From contig NC_047073.1 in the NCBI RefSeq assembly GCF_902459465.1, positions 2,170,001 through 2,234,000 on the forward strand: DNA of 64,000 bases. Direction: 5' to 3'. Within the stretch, counting starts at the first letter, position 1, and each line of letters starts with the position of its first letter. The notes beneath the pieces are model-generated. The model was not told the origin of the DNA, made no database searches, and was given only the letters and a program-made list of their open reading frames with translations. Below, in pieces: positions 26,201 through 39,119 of this stretch. Position numbers and translations under genes: made by a program. This DNA is from Asterias rubens. Taxonomy: Eukaryota.

Positions 26201-29200
26201 GCCTACTGTATCTTTGTCTTGAGGCTTCAAAACATTCCTCTTACGATTGTGTTTTGTTGTAATAGGATTTACAGACCTGTCCGTCGAGGGAACGTGGGAG
26301 TGGATCGACTGCACCGGTCTCTTCAACCAATCTCTGTGGGCTCCAAACCAGCCCAACAACGGCATTGAAGATTGCGGTGCGTACCAAGCGGTCCCGCAGA
26401 AACTGGCGGACTATCAGTGCAGCCGAGAATATAAATTCATATGCAAAATATCTGCCAAAGGTAAAAAGGCAAACCTAATGGTTATTATAGAGTATAATAA
26501 TAGTGACTTATTATATATAGCGCTCATATCCGTCACTTAGTGACGCTCAAGCGCTTCAACATTCCGTATTTTCCTGCAAGGTAGGCAAATAACAATTTCT
26601 TTGATTTCGGCTTATGTGGTTTTACGTTTGACTTGTGGGATCAACTCCTTACTAAATAGCACCAAGTATTATGGTTTGCAATGTGCTATGCTGTGGCGCA
26701 ATATGCAGCCAATAAAACCAGGGACACCAAGGCGAACCTCTCCTCTTTACGATAATTGCACTTGGTTATTTTAATTGCTTCACATACATAACACACGGGA
26801 CCAATGGCTTCGAAGGACGAAGCATCATGGTTTAGTCTCTTGCTTAAGGACATTAGTGTCACGACTGGGACTCGAACCCACACTCTGCTGATCAGACACG
26901 CCAGAGCTTGAGTCCTGTGCTCTTAAGCTAGGCCATGACATGCAAGCCAATTTAAACTGTGGCTACATCAGCTCCATAGTGTATCGTGTAGAATTGGAAC
27001 AAGTAAAATACCATAGGCCTAGCCCTTTGGCAGCGTCACAGCTATAGCTAAAAAATAATGCTTTAAACATGTCTTGCTTAGCCAAAAAATGGGCAGGCCA
27101 AAAATCACATATAGTGCACACGACATAGTATTTGGGCTGGTAACCATATTCTGTGAAGAATTATGTTGTGCTTAATAGCTACTTTGTGTGCTTAAGAAGA
27201 TCTATGAAATTGGTCGCAAAGCTCAAAACACAAACAGTTTCTTTTGTCAAGGTTGCAAAACATCTCCTTTGGTAAGTCTACTGCCATCTACCGCCACAAA
27301 AAGCCTCAACACTGACTTTTTACCGATCTTTGCAGGATTTTCAGATGATGATACCAACGCAAGAAATGTCGCCGCAACGAAAGTGAATGACACCATAGCT
27401 CACGTGACGTGGGACGTTTCGCAGTACAACTGTGACGTCATTGGTTACAGAGTTTACTATGAACATTATGGCAACTCACAAACAAATGGTGAGATTTGTT
27501 TCAAAGCGTTCACAAATCCTTCGAAGGTGCATGTATAAGTATTAATATTTAATAAACAATGGACTTTAAGAGATAATGTATGAAAGACAATGTGAACCAT
27601 GGCATCACCGTTTGCTTGTTTGTTTAGGTAATGTTCCCGTCACAACTCTGCAAACTCCCACAATGGGATACGAATGCCAAACTGGCAACAACAGCCAATC
27701 TCTCTAACGTTTAACGTCTATCATTATGAATTGCACAAATCGAGAAATAAATACTTGTAATGTATGTTTGGCTATATTTGAAGTATGATACATACGTCCT
27801 TAACAAAGCACTTGTAAAACTACCAGTTTACAAGATTCTGTTGCGCAGTGTGCAGCCGATCAGACCAGGAACACCGGGTGATCCCTTTCTCTTTCCGATA
27901 AGTGCACTGTGTTCTTTAACGTGCGTTACACAACAGACGGGACCAACGGCTTTACGTCCCATCCGGAGAACGAAATGTGGAGGTTTTGTGTCAGGCACTT
28001 CTAGCTTCTTCTAGACAGGTAAACCCTCGCACGTTGTCAATCCCACTGAGAGTAGTGCACGGGGTTATTTTACGTGCGTTTTAACACACGGGACCAACGG
28101 CTTTATGTCCCACCGAAAGATTAAACGTTGAGGTTCTGTTAGGTACTGATCTAGTTTCTACCTCCGCACACATTGTCAATCCCACTGAGATTGTGTTTTC
28201 TTCTGTCCTCTATACTGATCAGGCTCCGTTCAGATAGACGGTGGAAACGCAACGGAGGTGTATCTACATCTCACGCCGGACATGTGGTGGCAGATATACG
28301 TAGCTGCAATGAAGACTGATCATCAGGAGTTAGACCTGGTAGGGCCATCATCAGTATGGTTAGGTAAGATCATTTTGGTTATTTTCCATGAAGTATAAAC
28401 AGGTATTAACTTTTTGTAGAAACGTAGGTGAATGACCAAATATTATCCAATATCGATGTACAAGGTAGACATTCACTGTACAAACCTATGGGAATGTCCA
28501 ATATACAATGTTGATGTACAAGGTAGACATTCACTGTACAAACATTTTTATGTAAATGTCCAATATCCATATCGATGTACAAGGTATAGTCATTCACTGT
28601 ACAAACGTACAGGAATGTCCAACATCCAATATCTAAAAAGCAACATCGTTATTCGCTGTACAAACATAATGTGATTGTCCAATACCCATTATAGATGTAC
28701 AGGGTAGACCCCATAAAAGATTCACTGTACTGCCATACATTTTGGTGGAGTTTTACTGAGCTTTGTAAAAGTTGTATGTGCTATATCTTTAAAGGTTCGT
28801 GCCCGGGTTGGCATGTGCCTGGACTTAACGGGTCGTGCTATTGGTTCCAGTCCGAAGAACGAGACATGTGGTATAGCCATCGGAACTGGTGCAAGAGCTA
28901 CGGCAGTGACTTGTTGATCATTGATAGCCCAGACGAGTTAGAGTACATCTTGAACCGGACAGAGTCAATCGCACCTAATGAGACTTGGTGGATTGGTAAG
29001 TGAACATTCAAAGGTAGCCCTAACTCATACACAGTCCCGGGGGATGATGCAGCAAGCGAGATTTCAGGCTCAACAACATTCCAAAAACCCAATTCACCTC
29101 GTTAAACCAGTCTAATCGTTTCAAACCAAGTTACTTTACGTGCAAGGTATTATTATAGCAGTTAGCTATGCTGTCCTAAACCAGGCTATTCTCCATGCAT

Positions 29201-32200
29201 CCGTTAAAGGTTACGCCACAAGTAAATGGTATACATGTAAACCCGGTTTTATAACCGGCTTGTCCTTTCAAACCAGTACTATAACCAGCTTATCGATTCA
29301 ACCCAGGTTACACCGATGCATCTGTCGAGGGTTCATGGAAGTGGGTAGATTGCGGCGACACCAACGACTGGCAAAGTACTCTCTGGGCACCAGGGGAACC
29401 AGCGGAACTCGATGATTGCGCAACGCTGCAAGGAAACACGGGTCATCTCAGAGGTCAAATCTGCGACCAGAGACTTCTGTTCATATGCAAAGTGTCTCCT
29501 AAAGGTAATTTCTTCACTAGATAAAACGGAACCATTTTAAAATAGAATTTAGAAGTTTTTTTTCTTGTAACGCAAACTTAACAAGTCTGTTTTCGTCCCA
29601 TTGTAAGATTTCACCAAGGAAGATACCAAGCCGAGTAACTTGACCGCCATTGCTGTGACGTCATTCAGTGTTGAAGTAACGTGGGATGTCTCTATGTTTG
29701 CCTGTGACGTCATTGGTTACAGGGTGTACTACAACTCAACGTCTGACCAGGACAACCTAGGTAGGATTTTTCTTGCTGAAACATTTTTGTCGGGTTGAGG
29801 TATGGGTTGCTTTTGTCGCCCAGAAGTCGATAGTGTGAGACACATGAAGAGATTTGATATGATTTGAAGAAATATTTGACTAAAATCTTCGTAACAAGTT
29901 ATTTTCTTATGAGTTGGTTTTTTCTTTCAACATATAACTAAAACTTCCTTCCTTGTCTTCTCTCCATTGGTTTCTTGTCTAGCACAGTGACTGAGTTCGC
30001 TTTTCTTGAAGTCCTTGGCGTTACAACCAGAATGAATACAACAAAGAGTTCTCAATATCCTCTTTGGTTTTATTTTTCTTTCAACAGACTGGGTGTTTAT
30101 TAACGGTGGAGATGTAAGCTCAGTGATCCTGTCAGGGTTAGCTAAAGAGACTGACTACTCCATTGGGGTCGCTGCTCTTACGACTGTGGAGGAACTCGAA
30201 CAAATCGGGCCCGTGGCCGTCACTACTCCATGGGGTAACTAAACCAAACCAAGAGATCAAAATGTCTTCATTTTAAAAAATCATTCACTTCAAAAGATAC
30301 GTCGACAAGACCAGTTACATAAAAACCATTTCTGATGACGGTTTCTGTAAGTACATTTAAAAATGGGGAATCGAACGAGACTTCGAGACTGTAAAAAAAA
30401 CTATAACTATTCCCTGTGTCCATTTGCTCATTTCTGATCTTGTCCCCAGGTTGCCCATCAGGTTTCGAGGAGGGCCCTGGCAATCGTTCTTGCTACTGGT
30501 TCCAGTCCGAAGAACGAGACATGTGGTATAGCCATCGGAACTGGTGCAAGAGCTACGGCAGTGATTTGTTGATCATTGATAGCCCAGACGAGTTAGAGTA
30601 CATCTTGAACCGGACAGAGTCAATCGCACCTAATGAGACTTGGTGGATTGGTAAGTGAACATTAAAGGGTAATCCTAACTCAGACACAGTCCCGGGGATG
30701 ATGCAAGCGAGATTTCAGGCTTAACAAAATTCCACAAACCCAATTCACCTCGTTCAACCAGTCTAATCGTTTCAAAACAAGTTACTTTACGCGCAAGGTA
30801 TTCTTATAGGAGTTAGCTATAGTCCTAAACCAGGCTATTCTCCATGCATCCGTTAAGGGTTACGCCACAAGTAAACGGTAACCTGGTAAACCAGGTTTTA
30901 TAACCGGCTTGTCCTTTCAAACCAGTACTATAACCGGCTTATCGTTTTAACCCAGGTTACACCGATGCATCTGTCGAGGGTTCATGGAAGTGGGTAGATT
31001 GTGATGACACCAATGACTGGCAAAGTACTCTCTGGGCACCAGGGGAACCAGCGGAACCCGATGATTGCGCAACGCTGCAAGGAAACACGGGTCATCTCAA
31101 AGGTCAAATCTGCGACCAGAGATTTCTGTTCATCTGCGAAGTGTCTCCCAAAGGTAATTCTTCACGAGATAAAACGGAAACACTTAAAATAGAATTCAGA
31201 AGCTTTTTTTGTTTTTTGTAACGCAAACTTAACAAGTCTATTTTTCGTCCCAATTTAAGATTTCACCAAGGAAGACACCAAGCCGAGTAACTTGACCGCC
31301 ATTGCTGTGACGTCATTCAGTGTTGAAGTAATGTGGGATGTCTCCATGTTTTCCTGTGACGTCATTGGCTACAGGGTGAACTACAACTCAACGTCTGACA
31401 AGGACAACCTAGGTAGGATTTTCCTTTCTGAAATATTTTTGTCGAGTTGAGGTCTGGGTTGCTTTTCCGTATTACAGAAGTCGATTGTCTGAGACACATG
31501 GAGAGACTTGATATTATTTGAAGAAATGTATAACTTAAATCTTTGTTACAAGTTATTTTCTTTCAAGAGACTGAGTGGTTTTGTTCTTCATATAACTAAA
31601 ACTTCCTTCCTTGTCTTATCTCCATTGGTTTCTTGGCTAGCACAGTGACTGAGTTCGCTTTTCTTGTAGTCCTTGGCGTTACAACCAGAATAAATACAAC
31701 AAAGAATTCTCAATATCCTCTTTGGTTTTATTTTTCTTTCAACAGACTGGGTGTTTATTAACGGTGGAGATGTAAGCTCAGTGGTCCTATCAGGGTTAGC
31801 TAAAGAGACTGACTACACCATCGGGGTCGCTGCTCTTACCACTGTGGAGGAACTCGAACAAATCGGACCCGTGGATATCACTACTCCATGGGGTAAACTA
31901 ACCAAACCACGAGATCAAAATGTCTTCATTTTAAAAAATCATTCACTTCAAAAGGTGCTTGTTGACATCTTACTTTACTTTAATTAGATACAATGTAAGG
32001 TCTTCATATTTGCTGGAGCAGGGTAGTCGAAACGTCGACAAGACCAATGTACTTAAGAACCAATTCTGATGACGGTTTGTGTTACTAAATTTGTTACCTT
32101 TAAAAATTGTTCAATCGAACGAAACGTTGAGACTGTATAACTATAACTATTCCCTGTGTCCATATTTGCTAATTCCTGTCCTTGTTCCCAGGTTGCCCAT

Positions 32201-35200
32201 CAGGTTTCGAGGAGGGCCCCGGTGATCACTCTTGCTACTTTTTTTATAATGGTACCGACACGTGGGCCTCAGCAAGGGGACGATGCCGTGGGATCGAGGA
32301 TGGAGATATTGTCATCGTCGACGACGAGGATGAGTTGAAGTACCTGGTTAGGAGGATGGAAGAGGTCAATCGAGGTCAAATGTGGTGGATAGGTAGGTCG
32401 AGTGTGTATTTTTGCAGTGTCTGATAGCTACGGCGATAATCAAAACAGGTTTCCTCCACTGCCGGTTATTACGGTGTGTCGGTAGAGGGCGTCTGGAGTT
32501 GGGTGGATTGCCAACCGACAGCTGATTGGCAGAGGCCCCTCTGGCCAGATGACGAGCACATGACCAAACTGTGGTTATTTGCAATGTCCGATAGCTTTGA
32601 CGATAACAAGAGTTGTTTCCATTGCAGGTTATTACGATGTGTCGGTAGAGGGCGTCTGGAGATGGTTGGATTGCCAACCGACAGCTGATTGGCAGAAACC
32701 CCTCTGGCCAGGTGAAGAGCCCATGGTGGGTACCGGGGACTGTGGGTACCTCGTCGGTGTACAAGGGGACGGCGAGGCGGAGATCAGACCAGCGGTTTGT
32801 GACGACAGGAAGTATTTCATCTGTGAAGTCGTCGACAATAGTAAGAGAAATACGCAAAAATTGAATTGAACCGTAGACTGGTCCCCTGTCTTTACGGTGT
32901 TGGTTTTATAATTATGTAAACACATGTACGTCAGATTGAACTGCGTATCTCCAGAACCATGAGAGCCATGTATTTACGAGGTCAAAGGTGATTTTGGACT
33001 TTGGCTCGAGGCAGATCTCTAACGCAATTCACGAGCCTCGACGAGCCTTACAGTCGGAGTAAAAAAAAATATACATATTTTTAAAGAAAAACAACAAGAG
33101 GGTAAAATAATCTTAAAATTTGTTTGAAGTTACAAGCATAACGCATTTGTTTATAATTATGCAAAGTTAGATCAGTTTATGGAGAACCTTTATGCCAATC
33201 CTATTTCAACGCATCTGTATACACATCATATACACTGTAACATATCCAGATTGGAAAATATTAATACACAATCCTCACACATTCCTTGCATCATGGGATT
33301 TATACAATTAATTTCGGTTTTTACCCTTACACCGATGTGTGTAAGCACTGTGTACTCAGTACTTACCCGAGCTCTGTGAAAACAAAAACTAAAGGCTATT
33401 ATTACTGCGGTGTGACTCGAACCCACTATCTTTGTAATTCTAGAGCAGTGCACTGCTCTATTTGAACACTGCAGTGTCTTACCAACTAGACAATGTTATA
33501 CAATAGTTGTTAAGATTATTCGCCATCGTTTGAAATGAAGCACCAAAACTAACAAACAACGTTATATATTTCAGGAGTTTTCCCAACTGATGCAAACGCT
33601 CGAAATGTCGCAGCCATTGAACTGACACCGGATAGCTTTCTGGTCACGTGGGACACTTCTCCTGACAACTGTGACGTCATTGGTTACACCGTGTATTACC
33701 AAAAGGAGTCGCCATCAGCAATGGAGGGTAAACAACAGATCAAGGCTCAGATAATGTTTGAACTATCATTAGTCAGAAAACAACCGATAGACCTTCTCAC
33801 TTGGTGTATCTCAACATATGCACAAAACAACAAACCTGTGAAAGTTTGAGCTCAATTGGTCGTCGAAGTTGCGAGAAAATAATGAAAGAAAAAACTTGTC
33901 ACACGAAGTTGTGTGCGTTTAGATGGTTGATTTCGAGACCTCAAATTATAAATCTGAGGTCTCGAAATCAAATTCGTGGGAAATTACTTCTTTCTCGACA
34001 ACTATGTCACTTCAGAGGGAGCCGTTTCTCACAATGTGTTATACCAACAACCTCTCCCCATTACTCATCACCAAGTAAGGTTTTATGCTAATAATTATTT
34101 TGAGTAATTACCAATAGTGTCCACTGCCTTTAAACTTACACGGTTTGAAGATTATGATGGTAGAAAGCTTCCCTTCAAATATTAAATGATGAGGTGCTGT
34201 GGTTTTTGAGACCTAGACCCTTATCTCATTTTAAAGATAGTATTTCCAACAATGTCAGTACTACCCTCTTACGATGCCTACACGACGTTAAAGAACTACT
34301 TCAACTTTTCAGGTGCGTTTGTGGACACAATCAAACTCTCATAAACACAGGATGAAGACATAGCTTTTTCGTTTTAACTTTTAAAAAGGAATTTCGCATT
34401 CGACAAACGGTGGTTTGGAGTATTTTGCCATTGTATGTTTTGAAATCGTCTTCTAAGCTTCATTTAATTTTGCAAGAACAACATTTGTTAAGGTTCCAAT
34501 TTAGTTTCTTTCATTGATTAATTTTAATGAGCATAATACTCGTTCACTACAACTACGCGTTTGACACACTGACATTTCTTTTACATTTTGTTTCTAGAAT
34601 TTATCACGGTAAATGGCGGCAATATCAGTAGAGTTGAAGTTGCGGTTCCGATGGTACTCGTTCACTACAACTACGCGTTTGACACACTGACATTTCTTTT
34701 ACATTTTGTTTCTAGAATTTCTCATGGTAAATGGCGGCAATATCAGTAGAGTTGAGGTAACAGTTCCGATGGTACAGCAGGAGAGCACTGCTTACTCAGT
34801 CACCGTAGCTGCACTGAACACCGTGACGGTCTTAGAGCGCGTTGGCCCGGCCAGTGTCACCCTGAATCCCGGTAAGGCACCTCCCATTGATCATGTTATA
34901 GGCACTGGACACCTTTGGTAATTGTCAAAGACCAGTATTCTCACTTGGTGTATCCCAACATATGCATACAAAACAAGCCTCTGAAATTTGTGACTTTATT
35001 GGTCATCGAAGTTGCAAGAGAATAAAGAAAGAAAAAACACCCTTGTTGCACAAATTTAGATGCCTGTAAAAAGGCCCTTTCGTATCCCCTCTGCTCATCA
35101 GTAAGTGAAGTGTTCAATAAAGCCATAATAAATATTTCGGAAAAAGGGATTACTTGTATTAAGTCACGTTGTTGGTAACATTAATAACTTGTCATATATT

Positions 35201-38200
35201 GTTCTCATCATTTATTGCAGTATTGTTTCTCATAGTACAAGTGTGCAATACACAAATTTGAATTGCATTCGAGACTTCAGCTGAGGTCTCGAATTCAGGC
35301 ATCTGAAAGCACACAACTTGTGCGACAAGGGTGCTTTTTTTCCATTTTATGCATATGTTGAGATACACCAAGTGAGAAGACTGGTCTTTGGCAATAGGAG
35401 ACTTTCCAACGCTAGGTGGCAGCAGACATACCGGGTAAGTTTCCATTGTTTACGTAGTTCTGAACATGCGCATAATTCTGAGAACAATGGATTTACCCGG
35501 TAAGTCTGCTGCCCTCTATCGTCCCAGAAAGTCTCCCATTACCAAAGGTGTCCATGCCTTTAAAGAGCAACGAACGTGCTGACACGCGTGTTTATTCCGA
35601 AAGAGATAATCTCAAAGTTCTCCACATCTTCCAAACTTCGACAGTACTAGTACTTCATAAGTTTTTATGACGATAGCTTGCAATCTTGTCTTTTTTTTGT
35701 ATTACACAGGAGAGCCCGTCAGTACTCCAGCTTATAGCTCCACCGATGCTGTACTCTTTATTGTCTTCGATCAGACAGTTGGATGGGTGAGTGATTGTTG
35801 TGCTTGTCTCGGTTTGTTTTAACAATAATACAAATAATATCGAAGTCTTATACAGTGCACGTATCTACCAAACAAGGTACTCAAGGCGCAATAGCGAAGT
35901 CTTATAGCGCACGTATCAACCAAACAAGGTACTCAAGGCGCCTAGTATATACAAACTTTCACAAAGATAGGTTATTGCAGTGATGGATTCTGAGACCCAA
36001 TTATTTAGCACCTTTACGAGGGTTTACAAGGTGCTACGGAGCATTCAACAACCACAGTCAGGAACACCGGGGCGAACCTCTTCTCTTTTCGATATAAAGT
36101 GCACTGGGTTTTTTACATGGTTGCACAACACACAGGACCAACAGTTTTACGTCCCATCCGAATGGCGAAGCAATATCTAAATATCTTGCTTAAGGACACA
36201 AGTGTCACGACTTGGGGATTCGAACCCTAACTCTGCTGATCAGAAACACCAGAGTTTGAATTCAGTCAGTGCTCTTTACTGCTCGGCTACGACACTTCAA
36301 ATACACATGTTTTGTATGGCACCGTGTATAAGATCATCCTGGTATAACTTATAATACTGATCACAATACGGGTTACAGGGCTTGAGATCCGCCAGGGTTG
36401 TTGTTTCTAAAATAAATATTGTTTTATTTTGCAGTTTACATCAATGATGCAAGTCCAGTTAGCAACAGGCATTGCGAATGTACTCAATCGATATACACCA
36501 AATCAACAAAGAGATACGTTTGCAGAGTTTGGGTAAATATCAACAGCGCCCTCACTGGGACCAAAGGAAGTCCAATCACTTTCTGGTAATGGTCAATGGC
36601 GTTTCGTACAGGCGTTTACATTTATATCCTCAGTGGCTAATGGGACAGATTTCATGACGACGTCACGATTTATCAGCTCCAAGGGTGGATTTCCTAAAGA
36701 ATTAAGACTAATCTTATCTCGAGTTAGGACGAGTTAATACTCGTCCTAACTTAAGACTAGCCATACGTTTTTACTATCTCTAGGACAAGTCCTAAGTTTG
36801 TTTGTGAAATCGACCCCAAGTCTCACTTTGATAACAGTGCTTTTTGTGATAAAGTAAACCACACTAACAAGCTTTTGTTGTTTAAACTTCCCGTGACTTT
36901 CAGACCCTCTGACGTCATCTTCATATCTATCTTCAATACCGGGAGTGATCTTCACATTGTGACGTGGGTACGAGATGTCACATCCTCTAAACCAGGGGTA
37001 CCCCTCGACCCCAACAAGGTCCTCAGCGCACTCTCGGCGGAGCAGACCTACTTTGAAGACTTCATGGGACCGACGTTTCAATACGCAGTGAGCCTCGTGC
37101 CAAGTCCTACGCCTACTACAACAGCGGCACCTACCGGCGGCGGCATGGACGAATGGCTGATCGCGGTGATTGCCGTGGGGGCGCTTCTTGTAGTGATAGT
37201 GCTAGGTTTGATTGTATTCAAATGGTGAGCAACAACAAATCGTGGTTTCAAGACCTTCGCAAGCAGCGCTCCGTATTGACCGCTACTTTGGGCAAGTCTA
37301 TTCTCGCTACCATTGGCAGCGCGTCGTATCGCCCGCTAGCTTTGGGCAAGTCTATTCTCGCTACCATGGGCAGCGCCTCGTATCGCCCGCTAGCTTTTGA
37401 CAAGTTTATTCTCGCTACCACGGGCAGCGCGCCGTATCGCCCGCTAGCTTTGGGCAAGTCTATTCCTTTTTCGATATCAAACAGAAAGTCTTCAAGCGAA
37501 ATCAAATTAAGAAGAAAAACGCCCCCTCTGTCGGGTTATCACGAGTATGAAATAGTGACATCTCGGACCAAGACTACAACTAATCAGGCGTGTTGAGCAA
37601 TTAGGAATAGTATGGTGCCATACAAATATAAAAACTATTTTATCATCAAAACTTTCTCAAAATTAGTCAATGCTTTCTCTAAAATTGTGACAAATAACAC
37701 AACATATGTTATTCAATCGGCAGAACAGGTTTAGTGGTAATAAAGACATCTACTCTACCAATACAAAGGTCGTGGGTTCGGATCCCACTCAAGTGATATG
37801 ACTGTGGATTTTTATCACTACTCGGGAAAGTACTGTGTATACAATGCTTCTTACACATCGGTGTAGGGTAAAAACAAATAATATTCATAGATCACGTTTG
37901 GTTTGCGGTAACACCATGTGTGTATCTGCTTGCCAGGTAGAGTTTGTTCTTAGAGAATTGCTTGCTACTACCGCGGAGTAGATTGTTCGGGTGTTTGGGA
38001 AACTTCTCAGTTCTGAAAAGAACTGTCCTGCTTATTTTAACTATTACCCGAGCGGATGGTATAGAAATAGGCTGGGACTACTACTTTAGCTTATTGGATC
38101 GTAATTAACTGTACTCACGCGGAGTCAGTTCTTGAATTTGTCTCAATGAAGCTAGTTCATTATATTCGTTGAAACGGCACGGTGCATATTACTACAAAAT

Positions 38201-39119
38201 AGTAGCCAACCCGCATGCTGCATACAGGTCTACAAACAAACTGATATAGGCCCAATTTAATTAAGCAGAAAAAACTGCTTGTGAAGTTTCTATGCTATAA
38301 GCAAACAACGGGTGGGGCACCAGTCACAAACAATATAAACTTAATAGACCTTTGGCAGGTATGCAGTTTCTGCTGAGCGATATTAGTTCCTTAATTACTA
38401 TTCTTTCATTCCATTTCAGTGGTTCAAAGCACAAAAAGACAGACAGACGGATAGATCTACACAGTAAGTGAACAATTAATGTTATGTAATAAACCTGGCG
38501 ATTTCCTAGGGCGCCCTCTGTTAAAAGATAATTTAAACTAAGCGATGTTGATTTGTCTTTTCTTTTTAGATGAATATGCTGGTGGCAGCGTCTATGAGAG
38601 ATTTACACCAACATCTTTCTCTTCCGATGGAACGTGGTAAGCGACAGTTATTGTTATTTTACAGGGTCTTGGTAATGACTCGGCAAGTTAATGGCAATAA
38701 AAACTTTCGTGGTAAGAAGTACATTGGATAGTATAATCCATCTTTGGAAACATTACACTTCGAAGCACTACATCAATGGGAAATATTCAAATATATACCG
38801 GGAGTAGTATAGACTGGTTTCAAGCCATTTCTAAGTAAGTTATGGTTTACCTTCATAACGGTGAAATAATGCGGATAAATGCAATTGACTACGTATTAGT
38901 CAATTACCGTACGTAGGTGCCCTTATTCGTCTTGAGCAAAGGCTATAGATCTGCAATCAATAACACACAGGTAGTGGGTATACCGGAGTAATATAGACTG
39001 GTTTCAAGCCGTTGACATGAAAATTGAGTTAATATGTGCTTCTTTTCTTTGCTTACAGGAATCCTGCATTCCAGCCCATGCAAGAAGTTGAAAGGGACAA
39101 CTCAATAACGTCCTTATAA
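23243..39119 (+). CDS. Type-I membrane receptor: signal-(C-type lectin-FN3)x4-SEA-like-TM-cytoplasmic tail, 1180 aa, 23 coding exons
   Basis: Exons 23243-23318 (signal MYLFVARVLTCMLVFCNGFSA), 23990-24178, 26266-26460, 27336-27488, 28223-28363, 28795-28995, 29307-29504, 29608-29760, 30088-30234, 30450-30650, 30956-31153, 31260-31412, 31746-31892, 32192-32392, 32628-32840, 33575-33727, 34716-34871, 35710-35786, 36435-36532, 36904-37224 (TM WLIAVIAVGALLVVIVLGLIVF), 38420-38463, 38570-38636, 39059-39119. Total 3543 nt in one open frame, all GT-AG. CTLD motifs CY..C..WWIG..W.DC..C; FN3 motifs VTWD..CDVIGY.VYY..V.VAA. The SEA-like call is tentative. Confidence 0.88.
26700..26938 (-). mobile_element. 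tRNA-derived SINE (family A); related copies at ~27850-28110 and ~36050-36292
   Basis: The reverse strand shows an A-box-like GTCATGGCCTAGCTTAAG and a B-box GGGTTCGAGTCCC, followed by a non-tRNA body shared between copies. Confidence 0.7.
28420..28720. repeat. Intronic minisatellite, ~5 copies of a ~60-bp unit
   Basis: GATGTACAAGGTAGACATTCACTGTACAAAC recurs in tandem. Confidence 0.8.
28836..32232 (+). repeat. Recent intragenic tandem duplication (unit A 28836-30490, unit B 30491-32232)
   Basis: Four exons and their introns are near-identical between the units, at an offset of 1655 bp at the start and 1742 bp at the end. Confidence 0.92.
35393..35543. mobile_element. ~150-bp palindromic MITE; second copy in opposite orientation at ~52105-52252
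   Basis: ATAGGAGACTTT..GGTGGCAGCAGAC..CCGGGTAA ... TTACCCGGTAAGTCTGCTGCC..AAAGTCTCCCAT inverted arms. Confidence 0.75.
37260..37462. repeat. 54-bp minisatellite (~3.5 copies) just inside the intron after the TM exon
   Basis: Unit GCTAGCTTTGGGCAAGTCTATTCTCGCTACCATGGGCAGCGCCTCGTATCGCCC. Confidence 0.9.

Noticed and set aside
37153-37596. 147-aa ORF with repeated ILATxGSAxYRPLA
   Set aside because: It comes from the 54-bp minisatellite and overlaps the TM exon in another frame.
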